DNA of 63,053 nt, counting the filler, from Bonamia ostreae (Eukaryota), in NCBI GenBank assembly GCA_040357525.1. It is 51 parts of 51 records of this genome, joined end to end, with 100 filler letters (N's around TTAATTAATTAA, not from the genome) between each part and the next. Parts side by side here need not be neighbours in the genome. Positions count along the whole stretch, not along the records: positions 52,060 to 53,193 come from JBDODL010002585.1; positions 53,294 to 54,426 come from JBDODL010002586.1; positions 54,527 to 55,659 come from JBDODL010002587.1; positions 55,760 to 56,892 come from JBDODL010002588.1; positions 56,993 to 58,125 come from JBDODL010002589.1; positions 58,226 to 59,358 come from JBDODL010002590.1; positions 59,459 to 60,590 come from JBDODL010002591.1; positions 60,691 to 61,822 come from JBDODL010002592.1; 43 more parts are not named here. One strand, 5' to 3'. Below are positions 52,378 to 63,053 of the stretch, in pieces; the first letter of the stretch is position 1; each line of letters begins with the position of its first letter. A program made the translations under genes and the position numbers. The notes under the pieces were generated by a model that worked only from the letters and a program-made list of their open reading frames with translations, was not told the DNA's origin and did no database searches.

Positions 52378-53193
52378 TGGCTACGGTTATTCAGAACAGA
52401 CGAGACACAGCGGCAAATTGGACGAGCAAAAACCCAACTCTTGCAAGCGGAGAGATCGGTGTTGTGTTTGGCGCGTCTCCATCTGATCCCAACAAGTGCA
52501 TGTTNNNNNNNNNNTGGAACAGCGTGGAACGACTTACAATACCAAGAAACAACTAACGATACAGCGGAACAGGTTAGGGATAAACTACAACCCTTGGGCG
52601 GTGTTGACCGCCTAGATGCTTCTGCAATCAAAAACCTTCCTTCTCCAAGCACAGGAGTAAACGAGTTCACACCGCTTACGGACACACCTTCTACGTACAC
52701 TGGCGAAGCAGGAAAAATCCTTACCGTTAACGCGAACAGCAACGGGATTGCATTCACAGACGCACCAGACTTGAGCCACATTGATACGCTTAACTTTAGA
52801 CATTCATTTGGAGTTAGAGCAACAAACAAAACGGGGCAAACACTCAACGCCAACACGTTCGTCATGCTGTCTCCGAAAACAAACGGACGTTATAACATGG
52901 CTCCTATCACAATTTCAACAAATTATAAGGGCGAAATGTTCGGGCTTGTGGAAACTCAAACATTAGACGATGCAGAAAATACTGTAAATCTAATTGATAA
53001 TCTACAAACTGGGGTAACAAGCGTTGCAGAGGGTACGCCAGCCTACATAGGCTTTGAATCGTTTGGTTCTGATACTATTTCCATAGCAAAAAAAGATGAT
53101 ATAGATATGGTGTTTGGACGTTGCGGTGTATTTGGTGGAACTAATAGTATCGGGGAGTATATGGCGAGCTTTGATAGCTTCCAAGTGCAAGCT
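52377..53193 (+). CDS. Phage tail fibre with Mtd_N (major tropism determinant N-terminal-like) domain; true start is 52377, not 52441
   Basis: MATVIQNRRDTAANWTSKNPTLASGEIG...GTAWNDLQY; the internal 10-N gap shifts the frame. FTPLTDTPSTYTGEAGKILTVN is a common tail-fibre motif. Confidence 0.8.
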
Positions 53194-53433
53194 NNNNNNN
53201 NNNNNNNNNNNNNNNNNNNNNNNNNNNNNNNNNNNNNTTAATTAATTAANNNNNNNNNNNNNNNNNNNNNNNNNNNNNNNNNNNNNNNNNNNNACCGGTC
53301 GACAAGTAATGCTTACTCTACCTAGGCACATGATTCCATCTCTGAAATATACGGGGTCCTTGGTTGTTTCTAATTTAGTGCTAGGGTTATTGCTAGGGTA
53401 GGATTTATTTATGAGATTGATTACTGTTATGTG

Positions 53434-54299
53434 TCATTGTTCTTCTACAATAGAGTGGATCAAACTTAAAATTTCATACATAAATTTGGCATCGCTGCCT
53501 TGGAAAACCCTTATAAATGTATCCACAGCCACATCCAAATAATAATCTAGAAACTTTTTCCTTGCGTCATCTCTAAAGTTTTGAAAGTGGGAGTTTGTAT
53601 CGGTGGTTTGCTTCATTCTTTCTTGCTGCTTCTCTATCTTCACCTTAACTATTTGTTTATAGATTTCCTCTGCCTTTCCTTTCAAGTAGGTGGTTGCAAA
53701 ACCACGGTTTTCCTTAATTTTAAGAACGAAATCAAGAATTTTTAGCACTTCCGATTTTCGAGCAGGATTATCAAAATCTTTAGAGTATCCAATGTTGATG
53801 TATCGACTGTCGACCGCATTCAAGAGGGTTTCTAGGGTATTCCCTGGTCTTAATGAACGTAGGTATTGTTCGATAGTTATCTCATCCAGTACTTCAAGTC
53901 TGTATTTATCTGTGAATACAATGATTAAGTGTTTCATAAAATGTTCTCCAAAAAGTTTTTGGTATCGCAACATGATTTCCTCTTCAAGTTTAGTTATTCT
54001 CTCTGGTCGAAGAATCAATAAAAAAGCATGCGGTCCCGGACTGGTAATAGTAAAAGATTTTAAGACCTCTGCCAAAACTTCATATTCAGATAGGGTTGTG
54101 TCAGCCAGACCTGGTGTATCAATAACAACAATTTTATGACCAAATCTCCTAGTCGACTGGTATGATGTCTTTTTAGTGACAGATTCTCCACCAGATTTCG
54201 ATTTAAACCCCGCTCTTCCCAAAATTGTATTCCCAGTTGCGCTTTTTCCAACTCCAGTTTTCCCAATAAGAACGATGCGTATCTCGTCGTCTTCAAGTC
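53434..54299 (-). CDS. GIMAP: GIMAP/AIG1 family GTPase, last exon (host)
   Basis: RIVLIGKTGVGKSATGNTILG, VIDTPGL, SPGPHAFLL, IIVFT. Confidence 0.92.
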
Positions 54300-55841
54300 C
54301 TTCAAATAAAAATCATGACAATAAAAGTGTTGTTGAACTTCCCCAATAGATTCCGCTATATTGAAACAATAAATTGAGCCTAGAAACGTGCTTAGAATAA
54401 ACCTGATTAGAAGCAGATGCTGGAATNNNNNNNNNNNNNNNNNNNNNNNNNNNNNNNNNNNNNNNNNNNNTTAATTAATTAANNNNNNNNNNNNNNNNNN
54501 NNNNNNNNNNNNNNNNNNNNNNNNNNCCTGCCTTAACATACCCACGTATAGAATCGAGAGTAGAAGCAAGTGAAAATCACTGCGGAAATTGGGTTAAATA
54601 TTTCCTTTCCAAAAGGTTTTTTACTCTGAAATTCTTTACTTCTTATTTCAATTTTAAATCTTCCAAAATTATCTTTATAAATTTTGTTTTGTTTTAATTC
54701 AAACAATGGTATCATAGTCGTTCGTACCTGTCGATCGGAATTGATTTTGTTTTAAATATCTCAGTGAAACTAACAAGCACAAGAGTTTCCCTGTACTATC
54801 ATATTACTATAATTGTCTTCTATCATGATTAAGCACAGAAATGTAAAGATACTTCAAAAGGAAAAATATTCACTAAATCAATATTATCAAAACAATAAAT
54901 AGAAGAATTTCTACAGCATGTATCTCCTGAATAATTGTAGATTTTTTAAAGCATACATAATTCTCTTCGATGTTGAAAATTTTAAACCAGTGAAACAAAG
55001 CGAAATTCTGCTTTCCATGTAAATGTACATTGCATCCGCATGGTGTGTCTACCTCACTTATGAGTTGTAAAACTAGATGACAGTTATTGTCTAGCGGACC
55101 ACACTGTCTTTTGCGGTGACTTAAGTGTTCTAATTAGGTTCTGTGTCAATGTGAGATGGAATTCAAGATGTCGTCAATTGAATTAAGCCGTCCCATACAG
55201 AAATGAATTAAAATGCAGATATAAAACAGTTTTAAGTGTTTTAAGTGGATACTATCAAATGAAAAATATCCGCAAAAAGAAACGACGTTTCAACCGATAC
55301 CTAGTAGGCGTCCATAGATTTTCATTGGTGCATGTGCTTATTATTACAAGACTATCAAGTTACATTATAAATTTAGAATCAACAAACATGACAATGAGTG
55401 CAATGATGACGGTTACATAAAGGCCGATCCTTTTTATATCGAAAAACAAAGCCTACTTTATATAAACTGAAAAGTCTTGGGAGTACATTTTCCGATAAAT
55501 GAAAGGAGGTTTAAAATGCATCTAATGTAGGATTATGTAGCATACTTTTGAATTGTCGGGGGTATTCAAGAGCTTATCAGATGCGAAAGGGGTTTCTTTT
55601 TTTTGTCAGAAGCAACTCCGAACAGTTTCCTGATATATCAATGATTGCTTGATTGCATANNNNNNNNNNNNNNNNNNNNNNNNNNNNNNNNNNNNNNNNN
55701 NNNTTAATTAATTAANNNNNNNNNNNNNNNNNNNNNNNNNNNNNNNNNNNNNNNNNNNNAAAATTTTCTCTTTAGTTTCGACCAAAAAACATTTTTCAGA
55801 AAATTAAAAACTAAAAAGAAATCAACAACAAAACGATTAAA

Positions 55842-56560
55842 ATGCCATCGGGCAAAAAATGCTTCGACGACGAAAAGCTCGAGAACAATCCAGAAGAAAA
55901 AGCAAAATTCGAAAAGCGATGCGAAAAGTTCCAGCTGAAACGAGAACACACCAAATTCAAAGACATTCTGAGCAAAGCCACTCTGAAAGATCTTTTTAGG
56001 CAATTGCCGTCCTCGCTAAAACGCGGCAGCAGCGACTTGGAGAACATCGTTGCAGACCTCTCTCACGAGGAAATCACCGCTTCGAACAAAAGTTACGTCA
56101 TCCAAGACTTCCGCGACAACTCCATAAGCATCGACCGCGCCCGTCACGCCATTGACGTCGCTGAACACGAAGAAGAGGACAGAGTGTTCAGACTGGTCCA
56201 CGACAAAATAAACGACCGACAGTCTTACAAGAAAATCAAGGACTTCAAAAAACGACTGGAACTGGACGAGAGCGACCGCTATTACGACAACACTCCGTTT
56301 TGCCGCACGAGAGAGGACGTGAGGACGGAGAACCAGCGCATTCACGACGAAGTGGAGAGTCTGAAGGACGAGTTCAGTCGACCGAAAATGGTGACGAGGT
56401 CGGAGAAACTCAAAAACGAATTTTTCAAAGACAACTACCTTTGCGAACCGAAGAAAAGTGTGTACTTGGACGCGGCAGGACTGAGTTTTCTGTATTGGTT
56501 TTGCGCGAATTGCAAAGTTCATTTCCAAAAGGAGAAGCTTTCGTGTCCAATTTGTCGTGT
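55842..56560 (+). CDS. Uncharacterised protein with a C-terminal C4 zinc ribbon (protist)
   Basis: Long ORF ending WFCANCKVHFQKEKLSCPIC, followed by T-rich, probably intronic sequence. Confidence 0.65.
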
Positions 56561-56619
56561 TTTTCTCTTTTTGTTGTTTAGAAAAATTTTGTTTTTCGCA
56601 AAATTACAAATTTTTTTAA

Positions 56620-56892
56620 ATTAAATTTTTAAAAAACCGTTTCAAACTTTCAGCAAAATAAAATTTTAAATTTGACCAAAAAATTTTGTTTTAAAAAGTG
56701 TTTCAAAATTTCCGTAAAATAAAATTTTAAATTTGACCAAAAAATTTTGTTTTAAAAAGTGTTTCAAAATTTCCGTAAAATAAAATTTTAAATTTGACCA
56801 AAAAATTTTGTTTTAAAAAGTGTTTCAAAATTTCCGTAAAATAAAATTTTAAATTTGACCAAAAAATTTTGTTTTAAAAAGTGTTTCAAAAT
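56620..56892. repeat. 61-bp tandem repeat, ~4 copies
   Basis: AAATTTTAAATTTGACCAAAAAATTTTGTTTTAAAAAGTGTTTCAAAATTTCCGTAAAATA recurs at 56661, 56722, 56783, 56844. Confidence 0.95.
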
Positions 56893-57139
56893 NNNNNNNN
56901 NNNNNNNNNNNNNNNNNNNNNNNNNNNNNNNNNNNNTTAATTAATTAANNNNNNNNNNNNNNNNNNNNNNNNNNNNNNNNNNNNNNNNNNNNCTAAATAA
57001 TTTTTGTGAATTTTAAATTTTGATCATTTTTTGCAATTTAGTTCTTTAATCTTTTGTAATTTTTCTTTCCGTTTTAAATCGAATTTCAATGAAAAATAAG
57101 TTTTGTAAACAAAATTTAAAAATTACATAAATTTAAAAC

Positions 57140-58125
57140 TTTGCAACCATTAATTTGTTTATCGAATTGAGTTTGAATATAATTTACGTTATTGTCGAAT
57201 CGCAATTCGAAAATCCAAGTTTTGAGTCTGAACTCGTAATTTGGGATTTTGATCAAAAGCAAAAAATATCTAAATTTACAAAAAAAAAACTTTTCCGGTT
57301 TGTCCCAGTTCGTGCCCGGTTTGTCGGCTTCTGTTATTTTCTTTATTTCTTCTTTTGTCGGGAGCTAATACTTCAAAATAGAAAACGTTGTTTAGCATTC
57401 CGTTGATTTGTGTTTCGTTTAGCATCAAATCATCCATTTCTAACAAAACTAAAAATTGATCAAATTTTGTCGAAAATTAAAATTGATCATTTTACGATCA
57501 ATGTGATCAAAGTTAAATTTAATAGAAACTGTCGGGAAGGACAGACAGATCAGGTAAACTAGACAACATTATTCCAACCGCATTTGATTTTTTTCCTCCG
57601 AGTACACATTTTATCTGCTAAATTTTAAAATTTTTTAGACAGAATTTTGGTAATTTTTGTACAAATTTTTGATCGATTTTGGTCTAAATTTTTGTACAAA
57701 TTTTTGATTGATTTTAAAGATTTAAGATTGTTTTCGACAATTGAAAGTTACAAAAAAATTTCCAATGAACAAAAATCTTAAATTTTGACAAATATAAGAA
57801 ACTCCAGACGTGTCGTCTTCTTTGTCTTTTTTTGTTTTCGATTTTTTGTTTTTCCCTCTCGCGTTTTTCTTTTTAATGCAAAACAAGTTTTCGAAAGCCT
57901 TTTTGTTGATTTTGACTTCTTCCATTTTCGCCCAAATCACTTCTTTTTTGCTTTTCATTTGCAAATAAATTTTGTCGCGTTTAAAAATTTATTTAAAATT
58001 TGTCGCGTTTAAAAGTGTAAAAAATTAATTTGTTTAAAAGGTCAAACTCCAATTCTTCTTTTGAAAGTACAATTTTGTTCCAGAACAAAGGTTTCATCCT
58101 TTTTCTTGGTTTTACCCGCTTTTTG
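57140..58125 (-). CDS. Formin, FH2 domain N-terminal exons (protist)
   Basis: MKPLFWNKI, VIWAKMEEVKINKKAFENLF, SNAVGIMLSSLP, LPTKEEIKKI..WDKPE, KIPNYEFRLKTWIF across several short introns. Confidence 0.88.
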
Positions 58126-58225
58126 NNNNNNNNNNNNNNNNNNNNNNNNNNNNNNNNNNNNNNNNNNNNTTAATTAATTAANNNNNNNNNNNNNNNNNNN
58201 NNNNNNNNNNNNNNNNNNNNNNNNN

Positions 58226-58550
58226 TTTTGCAATTTTCCTGTTTTTTAATTCATTTTTTGACAACTTTTTTTGCAATTTTCCTGTTTTTAATTCATTTTT
58301 TGACAACTTTTTTTGCAATTTTCCTGTTTTTTAATTCATTTTTTGACAACTTTTTTTGCAATTTTCCTGTTTTTAATTCATTTTTTGACAACTTTTTTTG
58401 CAATTTTCCTGTTTTTTAATTCATTTTTTGACAACTTTTTTTGCAATTTTTCTGTTTTTTTGTTTTTTAATTCTTTTTTTGAAAACTTTTTTTGCAATTT
58501 TTTTGTTTTTTTGTTTTTTAATTCTTTTTAAACAACTTTTTTGTTATTTT
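58226..58550. repeat. 42-43-bp intronic tandem repeat, ~7 copies decaying rightwards
   Basis: GCAATTTTCCTGTTTTT(T)AATTCATTTTTTGACAACTTTTTTT at 58230, 58273, 58315, 58358, 58400. Confidence 0.95.
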
Positions 58551-58601
58551 TAATTGTTTTGCTTTGAAATTTCCAACAAAAATTGCTCTGATTACCAAAA
58601 G

Positions 58602-59329
58602 AACACCACCGACGGCCCAACATCGATAACATTTTCAAACGACGTCGAATTGACATTCAAATCATTCGGATGGAAAACTTTTGTAATTGAAAACGGCGAT
58701 TCAGATTTTTGCGAAATCGAAGCCATTCTAAAGAAAGCAATCGACCATAAAAATTCCCCAAAACTTGTTATCGTCAACGACACCATCGGATATGGCACTG
58801 AAGACGCCGTTTACATTTCCAAACTTTCAGGGAACGAACAAATGCCACAGCAAAATATCGAACCGACAATACCAAAAAATCAAAAATTCGAAAAAATTTG
58901 GCAAAACTGGAAAATTTCAAATTTGCGAAGATGTCCTAAAAGTCTACAAAACAGCGTCCGACAGAGCAAATTTGCATCACAAAAAATGGCAAAATTTGAT
59001 GCAAAATTACAAAAAACGATTTCCCAAAAAATCACAAAAATTTTGTCGAATTTTTAAAGATAAAACAAAATCTGAAGAATTTGAGACATTTTTCGATAAC
59101 GTTTTGGAAAATGCCAAAGTTTTGGTCGAGTTTGAAAATAAGCCGACGAGATCGATAAGCGCGGCGATTTTGGAGTTAATGGCCGGTTTTCTGCCGGAGA
59201 CGATAATCGGATCCGCCGATTTGGCAAAGTCTTCTGGACTGATTTTGAGTTTAGCCAAAATGAACGAAAATTTGTTTTCGAAAGAAAATCGCTCCGGTCG
59301 TTTTATTGCGTTCGGAGTAAGAGAACATG
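58602..59329 (+). CDS. TKT: Transketolase, internal exons (protist)
   Basis: TDGPTSITF..FKSFGW..TIGYG, GTNKCH, IIGSADLAKS, GRFIAFGVREH. A 22-nt intron at 58809-58830 joins the two ORFs. Confidence 0.92.
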
Positions 59330-62160
59330 GTTTCCGAAAATTGTAATTTTAAAAATTTNNNNNNNNNNNNNNNNNNNNNNNNNNNNNNNNNNNNNNNNNN
59401 NNTTAATTAATTAANNNNNNNNNNNNNNNNNNNNNNNNNNNNNNNNNNNNNNNNNNNNTAAGGAAAAGGAAGTGTCATGACCTTATTTTCACGGTAGATT
59501 AAAGGGGTGGGTAACACCTGCAGTGAACTACTATAAACACATCTGAACTCAGGCGCGCGGTTGACTCTGTCAGTCAGAGCCTGATATACGCGTGATATTT
59601 TCTCTTTTTTATTTTAGTCCAGTTAACGTAAAAGTAGAATTATTTCATGATATTTTGAGGGTTTGCGACACTTTCTTGTTATGATATGATGTCATAATAC
59701 ACTTACCTCTATCGATAAGGACATACTAACTATTTAGCGACGTTACAAATAAATCTCTTAAATAATGTATAGTATACAGTTCTGCAGTTCTATTACTCAT
59801 TTTAACTCAAAGAAAAAGGCAAAGTACAAGAAACTAGTATTTCTATTTCATTGCTTGCAAGCCACTCGAGTACAGTCAATCATATACAGGTTTAGTAAAC
59901 TAAAAAAACATTCGTTTTCATTTATCATAAAACACTGAAAAACTGTAACATATTGGTTTGTAAAAATGTGACTTCGACCTTCAACACAATATCAATAATG
60001 CCTTGTATAAAAAATTGTATTGTACAACATAAGGGTGATTAACTTCTATTAGGGGTCATGGAATCCCTGAATCTAAGATAAGTTTCAAAGTTACTCGATG
60101 AGCTTGGACTTTCATCATAAGTTTGATTTTCCTGATATTTACTGTTAAAGAGGAATACAAACTGTAGCAATAACAAGGAAATTTGTGTAAGGTTCAATAA
60201 CTCCGTAAAGCGTCATAATTCTAGTAACACGGTAATATGATCAAGTCTCCATAAATTCTTTACTATGAACTATAGTGTTTCGATAAGGCATAAGACATAA
60301 AAAATAATTTAGATAGCGGGGAAATATAAACAAACAGAACATTATCAACAAGACATTCCACAGAAGAAACAAAAAACTCTTCAACATATGGACATAGACG
60401 TTGATTGCATGCACTTGTTTCAGTTTCTTGTGATAGTAATAGTGATATCGTTTGACAGGATACTGTATTCGGTATGTTCACACGAGACAGAGATTCTAGC
60501 ATGTCACGTCTATGGTGCTTTTATTTAAGGGAGTATACTACATAATCTCAATCCCTGACTTTTAAAACATGAATGAAATTATAAAATATCNNNNNNNNNN
60601 NNNNNNNNNNNNNNNNNNNNNNNNNNNNNNNNNNTTAATTAATTAANNNNNNNNNNNNNNNNNNNNNNNNNNNNNNNNNNNNNNNNNNNNGTTCGCGCTC
60701 AGTATAAAAGGGCCTTTACGTCTTCACTCTGCGCATACTAGTTTGGGATATTGATTACTCTACTCTGCTGATCAGGATAAATGGCTTAAAGTGGATATGA
60801 AGGGTCAACAGTGGATGTTTATTCTTTTTAAATACATAATCGCAGGTTTCTCAAGAATTCCATCTTTTCTCCACTATATTTTTTCTATTCATTTTAGGCT
60901 TGACGAGGTCAGAAAACCCTCGGTATCTACATAAATGTCCATTCCAAACACAATACAAAATATATCACCAAGTGTTTTATTCATATAACTTTCAATGAAC
61001 CAGCGCGCCCCCCCGCCCGCGGGGGCGCGCGGTTGAGAGACGCAAAGTGTATGTGGGTATGGAGTTGTGGTTTAGGGTGTGGGGTATGGGGGCNNNNNNN
61101 NNNTTTCTCCATGATTACATCTTTTATTCAATTTATTTTTTCTATTCCTTTTAGGCTTGCAGTGGTCATTAAACCCGCGGTATATTCATAAATGTACATT
61201 CCAAAAACAATTCAAAATTTATCACCAAGTGTTTTTTTAATTTAAATTTAAATGAACCACCCCCCCCCCCTCCCAGATAGAGGACTTTATAAATACACAT
61301 AATTGATATTTGTATATACGTATTTGTTATCACTGTGGCTAATGAGGCATTTGCGACTTCTTATCACATGAAGCAAAATCATAAGACCCATTATCAAATG
61401 TGTATTATAAAATAAACAATAAAATGTAGACGCCTTAGATTGAGTGTCGACGTATATTTTTGCTTTTAATGATTGCAATATATTCCAGCAATATCAATAA
61501 AATTGTTCTTTTTGTAACATAGTATTGATAATAATTATAAAAAAAAAAGAACTACTGATACAGATCAGGGATACCTCATTTGACATGAATTTTTCTTAGC
61601 ATTTCTGCAAATCGAAATTTTACTTCAATTGCTTGATAAAGATATATAACACTTGGTGCTTAAAATGACGTGTTGATATTGTATGAGAATGGGTAACCTC
61701 TGTGAAAATCCATTTCCCGAGTTTTGCGTAGATTGAAAAATCGCAAAATAAGAATCACAAACTATTTCAAAATATAAAATTATGTTATCTAAGCTTATCG
61801 TTAAAATGCAACCAAAGATATTNNNNNNNNNNNNNNNNNNNNNNNNNNNNNNNNNNNNNNNNNNNNTTAATTAATTAANNNNNNNNNNNNNNNNNNNNNN
61901 NNNNNNNNNNNNNNNNNNNNNNATCTTGTTTCATGTTTGTTGAAAGAAGTGTGTATGATTTCAAAGAGTATAAGTATGCAAATTATCAATTCCAATTTCC
62001 AGCATGCAATGATAATGTTCAATTAGGTTTGTATCTATCACATATGTAGGTTCCGATTCATGCTTCGATATAGTAGAATATAGTGGGAATGTTTCAATTA
62101 TATTATGATCAAAAATTACAGGTTCAACCACACATTTTCATCATGCTTTTTTATTTGAAG

Positions 62161-63016
62161 GTCTTGTAGACGGAGAGAAACGCATAATTCTAATTGGGAA
62201 AACAGGCGTTGGAAAAAGTGCAACTGGGAATACTATTTTGGGGGAAAGGGGTTTGAATCAAAATCTGGTGAAGAAGCCGTCACGAAAAAAGCATCATTCC
62301 TTACGGCTGAGAGATTCATTCATAAGATTGTCATAGTTGATACACCAGGTTTGGCAGACACAAACTTAACTGATAATGAAGTTAAAGCAGAGGTCTTAAA
62401 ATCTTTCATCATTACCTCACCGGGACCGCATGCAATTTTATTGCTTGTTCGACCATCGAGACTTTCTCATGATGAAGTAGAAATTCTGTCAAAATACCAA
62501 AAGTTTTTTGGCGAAAATTTCAAGAAACACTTAATCATTGTATTCACAGATAAAGACAGGCTTGAAAAGGATGGGACAACTATCGAAGAATACATAGGTA
62601 CACTAAAACATGGGAGTATCTTAAAAACTCTATTGAATGAAGTTGATAATCGATATATCAACATCGGATACTCTCAAAATTTCAATGATCCTGATCGACT
62701 ATCGGAAGTGAAAGAACTCATTTCTTTAATTCTTGAACTGAAAAGAAGATGTGGTTCTCTAAACACCGAGTTAACAGGAAAGGCAGAGGAAATCTATGAC
62801 CGAATAGTTGAGTTAAAGATAAAGAAGCAGCAACAGAAAATGAGTGAAACAACTTATACAAAATATAAAATAGAAGAATGGAGAGATTATGCTAGGGGAG
62901 AGTTTCTAGAATATTTTCTTGGAGTATCTGTAGATGCATTTGTAAGAACATTCCAAGGCAACTACACCGAATTTACTTATGGTCTTTTAAATACCATATA
63001 CTTATGTGTAGGTTAA
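62161..63016 (+). pseudogene. GIMAP: GIMAP/AIG1 paralogue with a 1-nt frameshift after the P-loop (host)
   Basis: RIILIGKTGVGKSATGNTILG is out of frame with downstream DTPGL/SPGPHA; one base is missing near 62245-62252 relative to the paralogue at 53434-54299. Confidence 0.8.
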
Positions 63017-63053
63017 ATCAAACTAACTATGTATATATCTTCTCCCTCACTAG

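Noticed and set aside
1146-61922. Regularly spaced TTAATTAATTAA palindromes as a biological repeat array
   Set aside because: Always embedded in exactly 44+44 N between size-sorted contigs; an assembly linker.

Overview
This window is not contiguous genome. It is 51 unrelated short contigs (1145 down to 1131 bp, sorted by length) joined by identical 100-nt artificial linkers (N44-TTAATTAATTAA-N44), so gene neighbourhoods across linkers mean nothing. Three sources are mixed. (1) About 26 contigs look like a bivalve, probably an oyster: a tRNA-SINE, Gypsy, Harbinger and AcademH-like relics, two GIMAP genes, canonical GTAAG/GTAAT donors. (2) About 23 contigs come from a gene-dense, intron-rich, AT-rich microbial eukaryote, by inference an ascetosporean/haplosporidian oyster parasite. 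They carry fragments of importin-beta, a SET methyltransferase, ALAD, eRF3, TMEM120, Prp5/DDX46, NIP7, formin, transketolase and others. (3) Two contigs are bacteriophage: a crAss-like major capsid gene and an Mtd_N-type tail fibre. The strongest signals are in the protist DNA. Its introns, many only 21-52 nt, mostly read GTTT...AAG rather than GTRAG...YAG. Its long exons also flip from C-rich to G-rich near their middle, whichever strand the gene is on. All protein calls are motif recognition by eye; no database search was run.
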